A stretch of DNA of 64,000 nt from Spongospora subterranea f. sp. subterranea (taxonomy: Eukaryota), in the NCBI GenBank assembly GCA_049724395.1, contig JAUGWO010000008.1, positions 1 through 64,000 of the forward strand, in the 5' to 3' direction. The position numbers and the translations under genes are program-made. Below, piece by piece: positions 1-12,027 of the stretch (position 1 is the first letter of the stretch; the number at the start of each line of letters is the position of its first letter). The notes beneath the pieces were generated by a model. That model was given only the letters and a program-made list of their open reading frames with translations. It ran no database searches and was not told where the DNA came from.

Positions 1-318
1 ATGGGGGTACATAGGTTTACCCGATTAATAACAACCCGCGATTTTTTGTATACCAACCCATACCATACCAATTTGAGGCCTTCAAACGTCGTCCAATTCC
101 CAACACGATTCATTCGTAATTGACTTATTTCATTGCGATAAACAGTGAATAGTGATTTACCCGGTGTAGCCCAGTCACAGGATTTAGCTTCCTTCAGTCA
201 AAACAGATAAGGGACACTTGAAGCGACAGTGAGCTGCGGTGGAAATGATGATACAGACTGGTCGTGACAAGTCACGCGAACGGTCAAGCGAGACTCATGA
301 CACGTCACTCCACACGCA

Positions 319-1950
319 ATGATGTCTTTGGAGGATTTGTACAAGCAGCGCGACGCCGAGGCTAAGGCAGCGTGCGATGCCTACAGAGCGGCTCGCGATG
401 CGCCAGCAACAGGCGAGCCAGAGCTGACCAATCTTCGCGTTGACCGCGATGAAGCCGTTGCCGCTCGTGATGCTGCCGAACGCGTCTACCTGGCCTCACG
501 CTCTGCCGCAGGTATGTTTGCTCCAATTTAGAGGACTTGCACAAAACAATTAATTCACCTCGAATTGGTTTGTGTTTTTCGTGTAATTAATGGGGTTTGG
601 CGATATATCGTTTCGAACATGGTGTGATAAGTTGATTGATTCGGATGTTAGTATTTAAAATCGGTTTTTCATGCCAGCTTTGTTTCGATGTGTCGTTTAA
701 TTGGTTCTATCTTTGGCTCTCTAAGTTGTTTTAATGTTCCGCATGAGATGATGTGCGCTATTTTCATCGATGTTTTGCTGACCATAACATTTGTTTAGGT
801 TCAGATTCTATGGACACAATTAATTGCTCTTTCTCCTTGGCCTCCAGCGCAGAGTTACAAACTCATTTGCGGCAATATATGTCGATTGGCTCCCGTCTTT
901 GCAATTCTGAACCTGTCAATCGACTCATCAATGCAATTTCAAGAATTAGACGCAACATCTGAGCCTGGGGGGCAGCCATTTATTTTTATGGAGGGGTCAT
1001 ACTGGGGTCGGTAAGACCCAGATGGTGTTCAACTTGATCAACGCCTTCCTTCCGGTTCAACGGAAGGTATATTATTTGCTGGCAACTCCATCTCATCTCC
1101 ATTCTCAGCGATATACCGAGTGTATCTCGGGTTATCGAACGCCTTCCAGGACTGCGTTGAACGTGATATCAACGACATTGTGCACGTTTCAACTGATAAG
1201 ATTAGGGCTTACAATCTGTTCACGTATGGATTCATAGAAAAATTACTAACTGGCACCACTAATGATGTGGGGATCCTGCTTACGCGAAGAACTTCTGCTG
1301 ATGTTCTTCGCATCATGCCGTCCGTTCCGCCAATATTTATTCTAGACGAATTCATTTCTTTTGACAAAGCCCAGGTTCGGGCTGCTCGACTCATGCGGAA
1401 TCTTTTCCGGTCATTGAACATCCCAGTCATTTTATTGGGAACAGATTCTAGGGCAGCGAATTTGAGAACGTTTTCCAGCCACAGTTCTTTGAACTCTGAG
1501 CCAGTTCCGTGGTGTCGTGTCATCTCCCATTACCCGCCAGTTGATCTTTCGTCTTGAAGTCTTCCAGCGCTTCCTCTTTCCTTGACAAAGATCCTAGCTT
1601 GCTCGCGACCTCGGTTCAGCAGCTGCGCCGGAAAATTTTATCATGTACTACGATCAAATTTTCGAAGCAACGTTTGAAAAAATAATCAGTCAAAAAGACG
1701 TATTTCGTCAAGAATTTGGTCGGCTAGGGCAACTTCGGCTGTTTATGAACTCGTCGTATGAATTTGCCGACAACGCAAGAAAAACGTCGGAGAATGAACT
1801 CTCAGTAAAAACGCAGCTCATTCATTACCATTTGCGAAACTCTACGGGCCTGACGACTTTCTGCTTGACAGAAACGGCAAGGTCAACGGAGCAGAGTGGA
1901 TGCCAACCTCGGTATTCCTCCCTATGGATCACGACATCTTACTGGCATGA
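319..1950 (+). pseudogene. Crinkler/RHS-like P-loop NTPase effector pseudogene with helical N-terminal header
   Basis: Exon 319-511, GT-AG intron 512-798, then frameshifted pieces giving Walker A FIFMEGSTGVGKTQ (~980-1020, one extra base) and Walker B PIFILDEF followed by LMRNLFRSLNIPVILLGTDSRAANL. Several frameshifts and stops. Confidence 0.6.
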
Positions 1951-1971
1951 TGCGAAGAACATCACACGATC

Positions 1972-2362
1972 GCCACATCATTAGTGGTGCTAGTTAGTAA
2001 CTTTTCTATGAATCCATACGTGAACAAATTGTAGACCTTGATCTTATCAGTCGAAACGTGCACAATGTCGTTGATATCACGTTCAACGCAGTCCTGGAAG
2101 GCGTTCGATAACCCGAGATACACTCGTTATATCGCCTGAGAATGGAGCTGAATCGGAGTCGCCAGCAAATAATATACCTTCGGGTTCCATCTGGGTCTTA
2201 CCATTCCCCGACCCCAAACGAACCCCTCCAAGAATATAAAGGGCTGCCTCCCAGGCTCGGATGTTGTGTCTAATTCTCGAATTACATTTATAAGTCGATT
2301 GACAGGTTCAGAGTTGCAAAGACGGGAACCAATCGACATATATTGCCACAAATGAGTTTGGA
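1972..2362 (-). pseudogene. Inverted, diverged partial copy of the NTPase region ~857-1270
   Basis: Reverse complement matches 857-1270 with scattered substitutions; translation QYMSIGSRLCNSEPVNRLIN...QPFIFLEG...KVYYLLATP. Confidence 0.9.
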
Positions 2363-2369
2363 TTTTGCA

Positions 2370-4450
2370 AACGACACCCGCCTCCGGTTACTAAACAGTT
2401 CCCTTAGCAGATCAGACGACCGCTTGGACGTGAATTCACCGCGACACGCGTTCTATTGTGGACCTGGCGCTCGTTTGTGGCACACTCCATGCTGCGATTG
2501 CTATCGGCCCCCCGCCGACACCGACATCGCACCAGCTAGTGACGATCACCATCCCGGAACCAGGAGTCCCTCCGGCGAAAGACCCCGAGCGATGGAACTG
2601 GGCAAGAGGAGCTGGCGCGTAAAAACAAGGATTTTGCCGATTGCAAGAACCTGCTGACTCCAGTGATGACTGAACTGACAATTCTATGGCAACAAGTCGG
2701 AGCCGAACTCGACGATCAACTCCACGATGACCCCGACGACGACGAGGCCATCCTGGCCGCTCATAAGCTCGTCGACGACGCGTTTTCGAGAACATGCTCT
2801 GATCTTCGCGATGCACTGAACGGAGTCGCCTGCTTGCGACCGACGGAGGCGAACCGAGTTTTCAAGGCACACCGGACAGTGGACTGGCGGATGATGAACC
2901 AGATGCCTGACGGATTCGTCATCAGTAAAGTCAGGTCGCGGATGGAATCGCTTCAAGATGGTGACACCGACGCTCAAGGAGGTAATCGCCCCTCGCTGGT
3001 GCCCAATTTTCCGATCATTACCGCGAGTAATTCACTCGATCCGCCGACACCCCCTTCGAAGCTTTCCAAGCTGAATATAAACCGATAGCCTGTTTGGATC
3101 AAGTTGAGAAGCTGGCATTCTCTGCACAAAGCGTCGAGGCAAGAACTTTCAAGCTCAAGTGGAAGAAGGGTATCGGGCCAGACAATTTACCTGCCGAGGT
3201 CTTGAAGTGCTGCCCTGAATCGTCGTCGCTAATGCTGCATGATTTGTTCCGGTCTCTATGGGCTCATCAAGCCTCCGCGACAGCGCGGGGGCAGGCGTTT
3301 ATGCATCCGATTCCGAAACGAGGCGAGTACTTGTCGGAGGTTGGAAATTGGAGAGAATCGCGCTGCAATGTCACATGAGAAGATGTACGAGCACTGCATT
3401 CGACAAGTCCTGTGGGAGAAGGACCTGATCCATCACCACGTACTCCAGACCGGTTTTCAAGCAAGAGTTGGCGCCCAGGATACCGTGAACGTGGTGGACG
3501 AACTGACGAATCATTACGCAAGTGCAGGGGAAAAGTCATAACGCAATCTATGTAGGGCAAGACAAACGTAGGCCTGAAGAAGCAGCCGTTGACGTCTGCG
3601 CTGCTGGAGATTCGCAAGGCGTACGACCGGACGGCGAGTGCTTTAATCTGGCGGAAGCTGCTCGAGCGAGGCTGCCGACGACATTTGATAGTGGTACTGC
3701 AGTCACTATTGGACCGATGCTCAGTCGTGGTGTTTCTAGAGGGAAAGAAGGGAGACTCGGTCCCCGATCAAGTCGGCGTCCCGCAAGGCGATGTGCTCAG
3801 CCCGGCGATGTTCAACGTACTGGTCGATGATCTGCCGCAGAAACTGCAAGAAGCGTGTCGCCCGTTTGGCGGCAGTTCGAGGTTTAAAAGTAAATTCATC
3901 CCGTTTGTCATGTATGCTGATGATCAAACGCTGCTGCATTGAAACCATTTCGCCATGCAAGCAATGCTGGAGGCCGCCGAATCGTACGCTCGAGAACATC
4001 ATTACAGCTACAGCGTCAAGAAGCCAGCCGTGTCGCTGCCAGTGGAGAATGGATGGCCAGAGCTCAGACTACAAGATCAGGCGATCCCGGTGAAAGAGAC
4101 GGTACAGCTCCTGGCCGTGGAAATTATCGGAGGCAGAATCGACCATGAGGGCCAGCTCAAGACAAGATTGTCGCAAGCAACTCGGGCAAGTTTCGGGCTG
4201 GAACAGACCGGCGCCCTGTCCACACCGCTGTTGTCGTTGGTGAGGAAAACGTCACTGATCTCGGCTCTCTGCAGCTCCAGATTGGAGTATGGCATGGCGA
4301 TTTCAAACCACAAGCAAGGCACGCTGAAAATGGTGGACAGGTTGATCGGACGGTGTATCGGTTCCGGTCGCGGCAATCATCTCATGAAACGAATGGCAGG
4401 AATGGTGCCGGTCGTCAGCACCAACTGAGACTTAAGTTTGAAACGCGGGC
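2370..4450 (+). mobile_element. Degenerate non-LTR (LINE-type) retrotransposon, reverse transcriptase region
   Basis: RT motifs across frameshifted ORFs: GIGPDNLPAEVLK, PIPKRG, QTGFQARVG, LLEIRKAYDR, GVPQGDVLSPAMFNVLVDDL, YADD. Possible APE C-terminal SDDH near 2540. Confidence 0.9.
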
Positions 4451-4458
4451 GCGCAGTA

Positions 4459-4492
4459 TCGATCAATTTTCGATCTCGATCAATTTTCGATC
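4459..4492. repeat. Perfect 17-bp tandem duplication (tcgatcaattttcgatc x2) at the LINE 3' junction
   Basis: Read directly: 4459-4475 and 4476-4492 are identical. Confidence 0.9.
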
Positions 4493-4657
4493 TTCGAGAA
4501 GGGCAAGGGGCGGAAATTATGCGCAAAATGTTTTTTGTGAGCAACAAAACTATTTTACAGTATCAGAAAAAAACTATAGGTAATGCCGTAGCGGACTTCC
4601 CATGACAGATTCGTCGTCGGGTGGGTTCAATCAATTATTTGATCAACGAGTCTGTCT

Positions 4658-6519
4658 ATGTTCTGTCAACATTGTGGTCAGCAACAGGGTCAGTGCTTGG
4701 CTTCCTGCCCAACGCTTGGGGATGTTGTCAAAAAGACCGTCGCGGCCGAGCTTCTGAAATTTAAGGAAGCAGGGGCCGACGTGTCACGTCGCCGTGCCGG
4801 AGGCGGCAGTCGGCGTGGTGTGGCGATCAACCCGATGTTAGTCAAGGTGAACGTCACCGCCTACCCGCTAGGGATGGATCCCCGAACTAAAAAGGCAACG
4901 AAGTTACCAGATCATCCAGCAATCAACGTCGTTTTCGCATTGTCGGCCACATACTATGATATTATCGATGGATTGGCATCCAGTTTATTTCCTGTTCCGA
5001 AATGGTCCTCTGGGGCCACTTACGTTCTTACCACGGGGGATGGTGCAATAATACAGGAGAATACGCCATTCTGTGAATTTCCTTTCAACCTCACTCGTTC
5101 TGGAGGCAAGAAGGTGTTGCATCTGGTGAGATCAGACCATTCACAAGATGGCTTCAATGATAATGACAGAATCAGCCACGATTATGAACAGGGTAATGTT
5201 GATAACGAATGGGATATGACTCTCCCTGACAATGGTGAAGACTGTGGCCCAATTCAACAGCCGCTGCGCACCATCGAGTTGTTTGGCAACAACAACAGTA
5301 GTCACGTCACCGGTCCTGTCATCAAGCGATTGAAGACAGGAACGAAGGGAAGCGCCCTTGTACACTCAAGCGCGTTCGGCAATCTTGATCAATTTCAGTT
5401 CCAGGATATATACCAGAATTCAAAATCGGATACCGCAGTGCAAGGCTCTGGAGTTGCCATTTTAAGACAGTTCGATGGTCAAAAATGGTCGCAACAGTTT
5501 CTAAGCGAGAAGGAATTTCCTGTACCGAACATGGAAGATCCTATTACTGACGGCGAGTCCAAGATTGTTTATAAGGAAGCTATGTTTCCAATGGTGTTTG
5601 GATCAGCTCTTGTCGTATATAAGGTGGCCAATTCTCCGTTGGATGACCGGCTAGGCACAGCGACACGTGCCGTCCAAATGACAGCATTATGCTCCCAAAT
5701 GGCGATCGAGTTCAACGCCGCTGTAAAAAATGATGATTTTATGGTCACGTTTTGTGACAGCGTTGTCGTCGAACTCCTGCCGGAGGTTATTGATGTTCTG
5801 TTTCCTGCACAGAACAATCCATTCAACAGGATGTGCCGGAAGGGCGTGATTTGGATCATCGAGCGGCAAATCAAAGGGCGATTCGACAAGTTCGTTTCAA
5901 ATTCAGGTAAAGGTTTTTCAAACCTCCATCAAATATACCTACATTAAATATAGGTAATATTATCTGTTTAACGAACAAAACATTAGCCCGAACGAAAAAG
6001 GACCGGATCAAGGCAACCGCGTTCAGCCATTTCTCGTTCTGTCGCTCCGGCGGCGAGTTTATGGCATTAGACATTCAGGGCGCGGGTGGCGTCTATACTG
6101 ACGTTGAGATTGTATCAATCTCCAATGCTGAATCAACGTTCGGCATTGGCAACATGGGTGCCTCTTCAATTGCCAAGTTTTTTCAAGAACATGAATGTAA
6201 TAGTGCTTGCTATGCTGCTCAACTGGAGCGTCCAGCAGGAGACGCGTTCGGACATGCTTCAACAAGCAGGGACGGGGGTTCAGACACGTCAGTGGAAGAT
6301 GAAAAAGCTGAAAGTGATTGCGAGATGACGGTCTCCGACGAAATCGTCCCATATCAGGGTCAAAAAGGTCAATCTATCAGTTTTGATGCCACTGAAGACG
6401 TCATTGTGCAAGAGGAGACGGTTTTGCAAGTGCAATCTTCTAGTGAGCGGTTGCGTTCACAGCGCCGTCCTGACCATGTGACTTGTACCCGTCTTCGTTC
6501 TCGCCGTAAAAGGGGATAA
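4658..6519 (+). CDS. Alpha-kinase (eEF2K/MHCK family) protein; exons 4658-5906 and 5954-6519
   Basis: A 47-nt GT-AG intron (5907-5953) joins the two ORFs in frame. Motifs: VVYKV, IIERQIKGRFDKFVSNSG, AFSHFSF, DIQG, YTD, FGIGNMG, FFQEHECNSAC. N-terminal CxxC motif. Confidence 0.9.
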
Positions 6520-6530
6520 TAAATTGCCGG

Positions 6531-6929
6531 GAAGGGCAGGGGGCGGAAATCATGAAAAAAAAAATTTGTGCGCAGCGGGCCAAGGCGTCCGTTTTTGTCC
6601 AAAATCGTGACAGATTTGATACAGCGCAACAGCCAATGAATAAGATGTTCGCTTGGAAACAGCAATTTATTACCGCCTTTAACGGCGAGAACGAAGACGG
6701 GTACAAGTCTCATGGTCAGGACGGCGCTGTGAACGCAACCGCTCACTAGAAGATTGCACTTGCAAAACCGTCTCCTCTTGCACAATGACGTCTTTCAAGG
6801 GATATTGAGCATAGCCGGGCAATGCGGGCAGCAAATGTTAGACCTGTCACAATCTGCGTTCAATGCGGAGCAGGAAAACATCCTGTCCGCAGATAATTTT
6901 TTTTTCATGATTTCCGCCCCCTGCCCTTC
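6531..6929. mobile_element. Candidate non-autonomous TIR element (MITE/Pack-like) carrying an inverted gene fragment
   Basis: Facing ~33-bp inverted termini gaagggcagggggcggaaatcatgaaaaaaaa, each flanked by CCGG (6527-6530, 6930-6933). Interior 6676-6794 is the reverse complement of 6395-6513 with 2 mismatches. Confidence 0.65.
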
Positions 6930-7358
6930 CCGGAAAACTGTCAAAAAGGATTCCATACATCGTCTTTTTACAGCAGGAGCTTTTGTTGAATGAACATGCG
7001 AGCCGTATTATTTTATTCAACAATGCCATGCAGATTGCCAATGATGGACAATTCCTCGAGGCCGTGATGGTCAGCTGTGTCATTTTGGCTCACACAGCCA
7101 TGGGATTGGAGGAACTCCGTTTTCCTTGTTTTTGAAAAATTTGCCCTACGACTTGTATCTGTCGAAAATCAACCGTCTGACGTCCCACAGGATGTTGTCG
7201 TTCATCCAGAGCTGGACGTATCCTTCTTGGACACGTTTTGTGTCCCGTTTTTATCTCCAGCACAGTGGGTCAAACGATAATGGCCACCAGAATTAAAATT
7301 AGATCTCGAAATATAGACAGCAGCAGGGGCGGATTTTGCCGAAACAGACAAGATTGTT

Positions 7359-8128
7359 TACGGTTTCTAAACCATCATTTATAGGAGCCTCAGACGCTTC
7401 TGACATAGGTCTCGGCTTCATTTGGCACCAAGGACCACGATCATTCTATCACGGCGAACAGACCCATGATCAACATATCGTCGTCGGCGAATTACGCGCC
7501 GCTCAGAAGGCTATTAACGCCCTTCCTCCTGCAGTTACAGCATTGCTCAATGTGGACAACATGGCAGTCTTAGGGATGCTTCAATCAGGACATTCATCCT
7601 CTGTCCAGTGCGCGTCTATTTTACGCGCCATTAACCGGCGAATTCATTCCCAAGCATTAACCATGCAATTCCGGTACATCCCAACAACTGACAACTGTAT
7701 TGCTGACAGCCTTATCACGCCAGCAAAAATATTTTTTCAAGAAAAGACGCCCAAAATATTTTTGCTGGCGTGATAAGGTGTCAGCAATACAGTTGTCAGT
7801 TGTTGGGATGTACCGGAATTGCATGGTTAATGCTTGGGAATGAATTCGCCGGTTAATGGCGCGTAAAATAGACGCGCACTGGACAGAGGATGAATGTCCT
7901 GATTGAAGCATCCCTAAGACTGCCATGTTGTCCACATTGAGCAATGCTGTAACTGCAGGAGGAAGGGCGTTAATAGCCTTCTGAGCGGCGCGTAATTCGC
8001 CGACGACGATATGTTGATCATGGGTCTGTTCGCCGTGATAGAATGATCGTGGTCCTTGGTGCCAAATGAAGCCGAGACCTATGTCAGAAGCGTCTGAGGC
8101 TCCTATAAATGATGGTTTAGAAACCGTA
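7359..8128. repeat. Near-perfect ~375-bp-arm palindrome of the DIRS RNase H region
   Basis: 7359-~7734 is the reverse complement of ~7753-8128 with a single 1-bp indel seen and an ~18-nt spacer; the same RNase H peptide appears on both strands. Confidence 0.95.
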
Positions 8129-9594
8129 GAATGAAGCGAAAGTGACTGGTAGAGATGTCGAGTAATCCAGTCGTGTAAACAGAGACGTGCATCTGTAGTC
8201 CATCGACGGTATTCGCGGTCCTTCCAATTCGGGGAACCTATTAAAGAATGCAAAGCCGAAAAGTGATGCCTGGCCGCGGGAGGATGATATATTTACGAAA
8301 TTCAATTTTCCTCTGAGAGTTGCCAGGTCGCGAACGGAGGGGTGCTTCTGTTGTAGGAGGTGTCGAATAGATTGGATATATGCGATACGCTTATCGTTGG
8401 GGATCTCAATGGATAGCTTCGGGGTATTAAGTATGAGACCTAAAAATGAGACATGTTGAGTTGGTCGTAAGATACTCTTGCCGATATTGATGACGAAGCC
8501 TGCATTCTCCATAAAGATCATGATTTCGCTGGTGGCCTTTTCCAAATAAACCGGATCAGGGTGACGGAAAAGGAAGTCGTCCAGATAGACAACTGCTTTG
8601 ACTGGCCAATGCTGGTTGATAGCGTGACATAACGCAGTGGTTATCTCCTGAAAAAAGGAAGGAGCAGTCGAGAGTCCGAACGGTAATACCGTATACTCAT
8701 AAAAAGTCCTTTAAATTCAAAAGAACAATGTCTTCGCGACTCGGGATGTAGTTTAATATTCCAATAGCCGTTGCGAAGATCGATTTTGGTAGCATATTCT
8801 CCCCTATGAGTTGTTGATAAAATGGATTTAACGCGTGGGAAAGAAACGGGACGATCGGGCATAAATGAATTGAGATACTTAAAATTATGTACCAATCGCC
8901 GTTGAGAGGTTCCATGTTTCGCCACTGTGAAAGAATACGACAGATCACGGTGGTGTGCTTCTGAAGATGGAATCCTCTGAATACGCTGTGTTGCGAGAAG
9001 TTGTTGTACTTCTGCCTGGATTGCTGGGATAAAATCCGATGAGTGGGACTCCTGGTGGGTCGGATGAGGTAAAACCTCCAATTTGATGCCTGAAGTGAGG
9101 AATTCGTGAGTAAAAGGCGGTAGAATAGGTAAATTGATAGCGGTGATACGCTGAGTAAGTTTAGTGTCATTACTAGGACGAAGCTGAGAAGAAGTTAGTT
9201 TTTTGATGACGTGGAGGAAGACGGTTCTTTCTTTTGGAATCTCTGTTGGGCGCCCCCGCGAGGTCTTTGGCGACCGCGATATGACGAGTAAATAGGGCGG
9301 GAGATTGTTGATTTCTTCAAAAGTGACTGGATTTGTTCCATCTTGGCGACGAGGTGAGTCGTTTGTAGGATCTCAGGCTTCACAGGTCGAAGTTTCTCAG
9401 CTGGTGAAAGTTGAGCGAAGATATCTTTCGCCTGGTGATAAGAAAATTCGTGTGCTAACTGATAAAAGGATAGGGAACGTCTCACGGCGTACTAACCGAG
9501 CAACGCCTTCAGCATTGGCCTGACCTTTACGCCATTTCTCTTGAGCATCTACCCATCTCTGATAATTTGGATTTGACAAGAGGAAACGCTTCAT
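7753..9594 (-). mobile_element. DIRS/Ngaro-type retrotransposon relic (gag-RT-RNase H; no tyrosine recombinase seen)
   Basis: RT: RLVHNFKYLN, KIDLRNGYWNIKLHPESR, VYLDDFL (~8570-8590), GFVINIGKS, FLGL. DIRS-type RNase H: SDASDIGLG, HIVVGELRA, VDNMAV, YIPTTDNCIADTLSR. Upstream gag-like ORF 9195-9594. Frameshifted. Confidence 0.85.
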
Positions 9595-10233
9595 TGAAGA
9601 AAATCTAGTCTACCACTCTGATTCGTCAATCAATTTCCGCGATTGATCAATGCGGATGGCAGACGGCGCTCTACTGATTGCGGTGAATTATGTGACATTT
9701 GAATAAACGATAATTGGGAATTTTTGGTTAATTAAAATCCACCTAACATCAAAAGGGTCATGCCATTCCGGAAAAGGTGATTATTTTGTTAGCTGATTTT
9801 TTTTTGCTAAGCACGGTAATCAAAAAGTTCTTTTTTTTAACAATTTACTTTAAGTATTGTGTGTTGCAAGCGCGAATAGTGTGATACACACTAATTAGAG
9901 AATAATTGGGGGAAACTGAACTGACCGAATCAAAGTCAATACATCGACTAACCGATTTCGATAATCAAAAGTACACCGAGAATAGCACCAGCGCGCCATT
10001 TCGGCCAGGCCAACGCAGCAACAACAACAAACACGCCATCAAGGCGGATGGTCGCCACCTGAAGGCAGTCAAAGCCTATACGATAACGCCCCGAAACCCT
10101 TCCATGGATCTATAGCATTGTGACCGGGTACATATTGACGGCCGGGCAAACGCAACAGAAAGCGTTAAACGCTCTGACAGCGTCAAACTGATTTTGTTTT
10201 TGGTCAAAACTGGAGAATAGAGGTTTTTTATCA

Positions 10234-11048
10234 CTATAAAACAGATGGTGTTTTTTGTTTTCGGTGAGCCACGATTTTTGAACTGGTCGATCCGCATTGA
10301 AGGAACTGCAAGCCTTGACATTTCAACCTGCCGAATTCCCAATGTGCGAATTGAGGGCCCCATTTTCGAATCCATTCATTTGTATTTTGGCCACAGTGAT
10401 TAACAAAGCACCCCCAGATGGGTTTCGGAGACCGGGTGTGATACGGTCGGTGAAACTTTCGAGCCATGGAGCCACTTGATCGGTATTTCTCGTTGAATTG
10501 CCAGCACAGATAGAGTTTTTCTTCTGCGGTTTTTGACTGTGAAACTGCAAGAACAAGAGCTTTGAGATCCAATAAACCGGAGTCTTTGTCTCTGAAAGCA
10601 CAAATGTTCATCAGCTTTTCTAAAAAAAGGTGAATGAAAACATGTACTCAGGGTTTCTGAAGATTTTCGTCATCCGGGAACCGCAGGTGTCATAATTTGA
10701 TTTTAGACCGGGGCAGCTATTCACTCCAAAATTACGGTGCGTGAAACACGGGCCCCAACGTGTCTGGAACTGTTGAATGTCTTTGCCACAACATCTCACA
10801 ATACATTGAAGGACGGGGATACAGATGCGCTTGAGACAATGAATCACGTTAGGACTAACACTGTAGCCCGATTTTCTGCAAGAGATCAGTTTCAAAACGA
10901 AATTCGAAATTAAGATCAGTTTTGGCAGGGTGTTGATTGCCTTGGCAATTTGCCTAGGATCAGGAGCATCGATTTTGCTTTTTCCGACCTCGACGTTATT
11001 CCGCCCCGGCTTTCCGAGCAACAGTAGTTCCATCATGTGTTCCGTCAT
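10234..11048 (-). CDS. Hypothetical protein (split into two ORFs) with two copies of a Cys/Trp motif
   Basis: PVLQCIVRCCGKDIQQFQTRWGPCFTHRNFGVNSCPGL and PIWGCFVNHCGQNTNEWIRKWGPQFAHWEFGRLKCQGL align to each other. Confidence 0.45.
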
Positions 11049-11384
11049 GGCAACACTGTCGTAAAACTCGACCTGTTCTGGATTCGTCTCCTTTCCCTAA
11101 GCAGACAATACCGTTTGTGATGATCAAATCCCAGGCAGAGCAGGGAACCAGGTTCTGACCAGAAACACACAGAGGCTATCATAGTCTTTGACCTCATCCA
11201 GTTTCCAGTTTAAGAGCGGACAGAGCATTTTCAATGCCATCAAGTGCTTGTAATTACGAAAATGAACCACTTTATGAGTGTGCTGCCGAAATCCATCCTA
11301 GTACCCCATAAGCTGATTTTGGTGCTCACGATTCTCGGCAATCGCTTACTGGTACGACATTCTCACGAAAGACAACAGGCTGGT

Positions 11385-12027
11385 TTTCAATACTGATACG
11401 GGATTCATCACATTTTAAATTCGTGCTCGGGTTCCAATCCTAAGACGAACTTAGCAAACCCAAACACAATTTGGACATGGACTGAACGGCTAAGTTTCTT
11501 GAAGACCTGTCACCAAATTGGTGGGCGTTTCTGTTAGGGGGCACGAGATTCTCGTGAAAGTCTTTTGACGGCAAAATTTCCGAATCAATAGGAAATCGAT
11601 TTAGATCGACCAGGCAATCGAGGTTCTCGATATGGGACGCCTCAATTTTGGAACCCTGACTCCAGTCCCATTCCTAAAAACGCACTTAACAAGCCGAATC
11701 TTTAAATGAAGATGAACTGAACAACTACATTCATCGAAGAACTTTCACCAAACTGGTGGGCGTTTCTGTTAGCGGGCACGAAATTCTCTTGAACGTCTTT
11801 TGACGGCAAAATTTCCGAATCAATAGGAATTCGATTCAGATCGATAAGGCAATCGAGGTTCTCGCGCTCTTGGCTCAACTGTTGAGAATCAATACTGATA
11901 TGGGACGCGTCAATTTTCGAAACCTGACTCGGGTCCCATTCCTACAAACGCACTTAACGAGCCGAATCACTACATGAAGATGAACTGAACGGCTACATTC
12001 ATGGAAGAACAATCACCAAACTGGTCG
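11385..12027 (+). repeat. Diverged tandem repeat, ~240-270-bp unit, about 2.5 copies
   Basis: caccaaa(t/c)tggt recurs at 11511, 11746 and 12014. Unit 11511-11745 closely matches 11746-12013, the latter having an extra ~33 nt. A more diverged partial unit lies at 11385-11510. Confidence 0.85.

Noticed and set aside
11385..12027. Possible CRISPR-like array
   Set aside because: Units are ~250 bp, similar along their whole length with no unique spacers; eukaryotic context and no cas genes.
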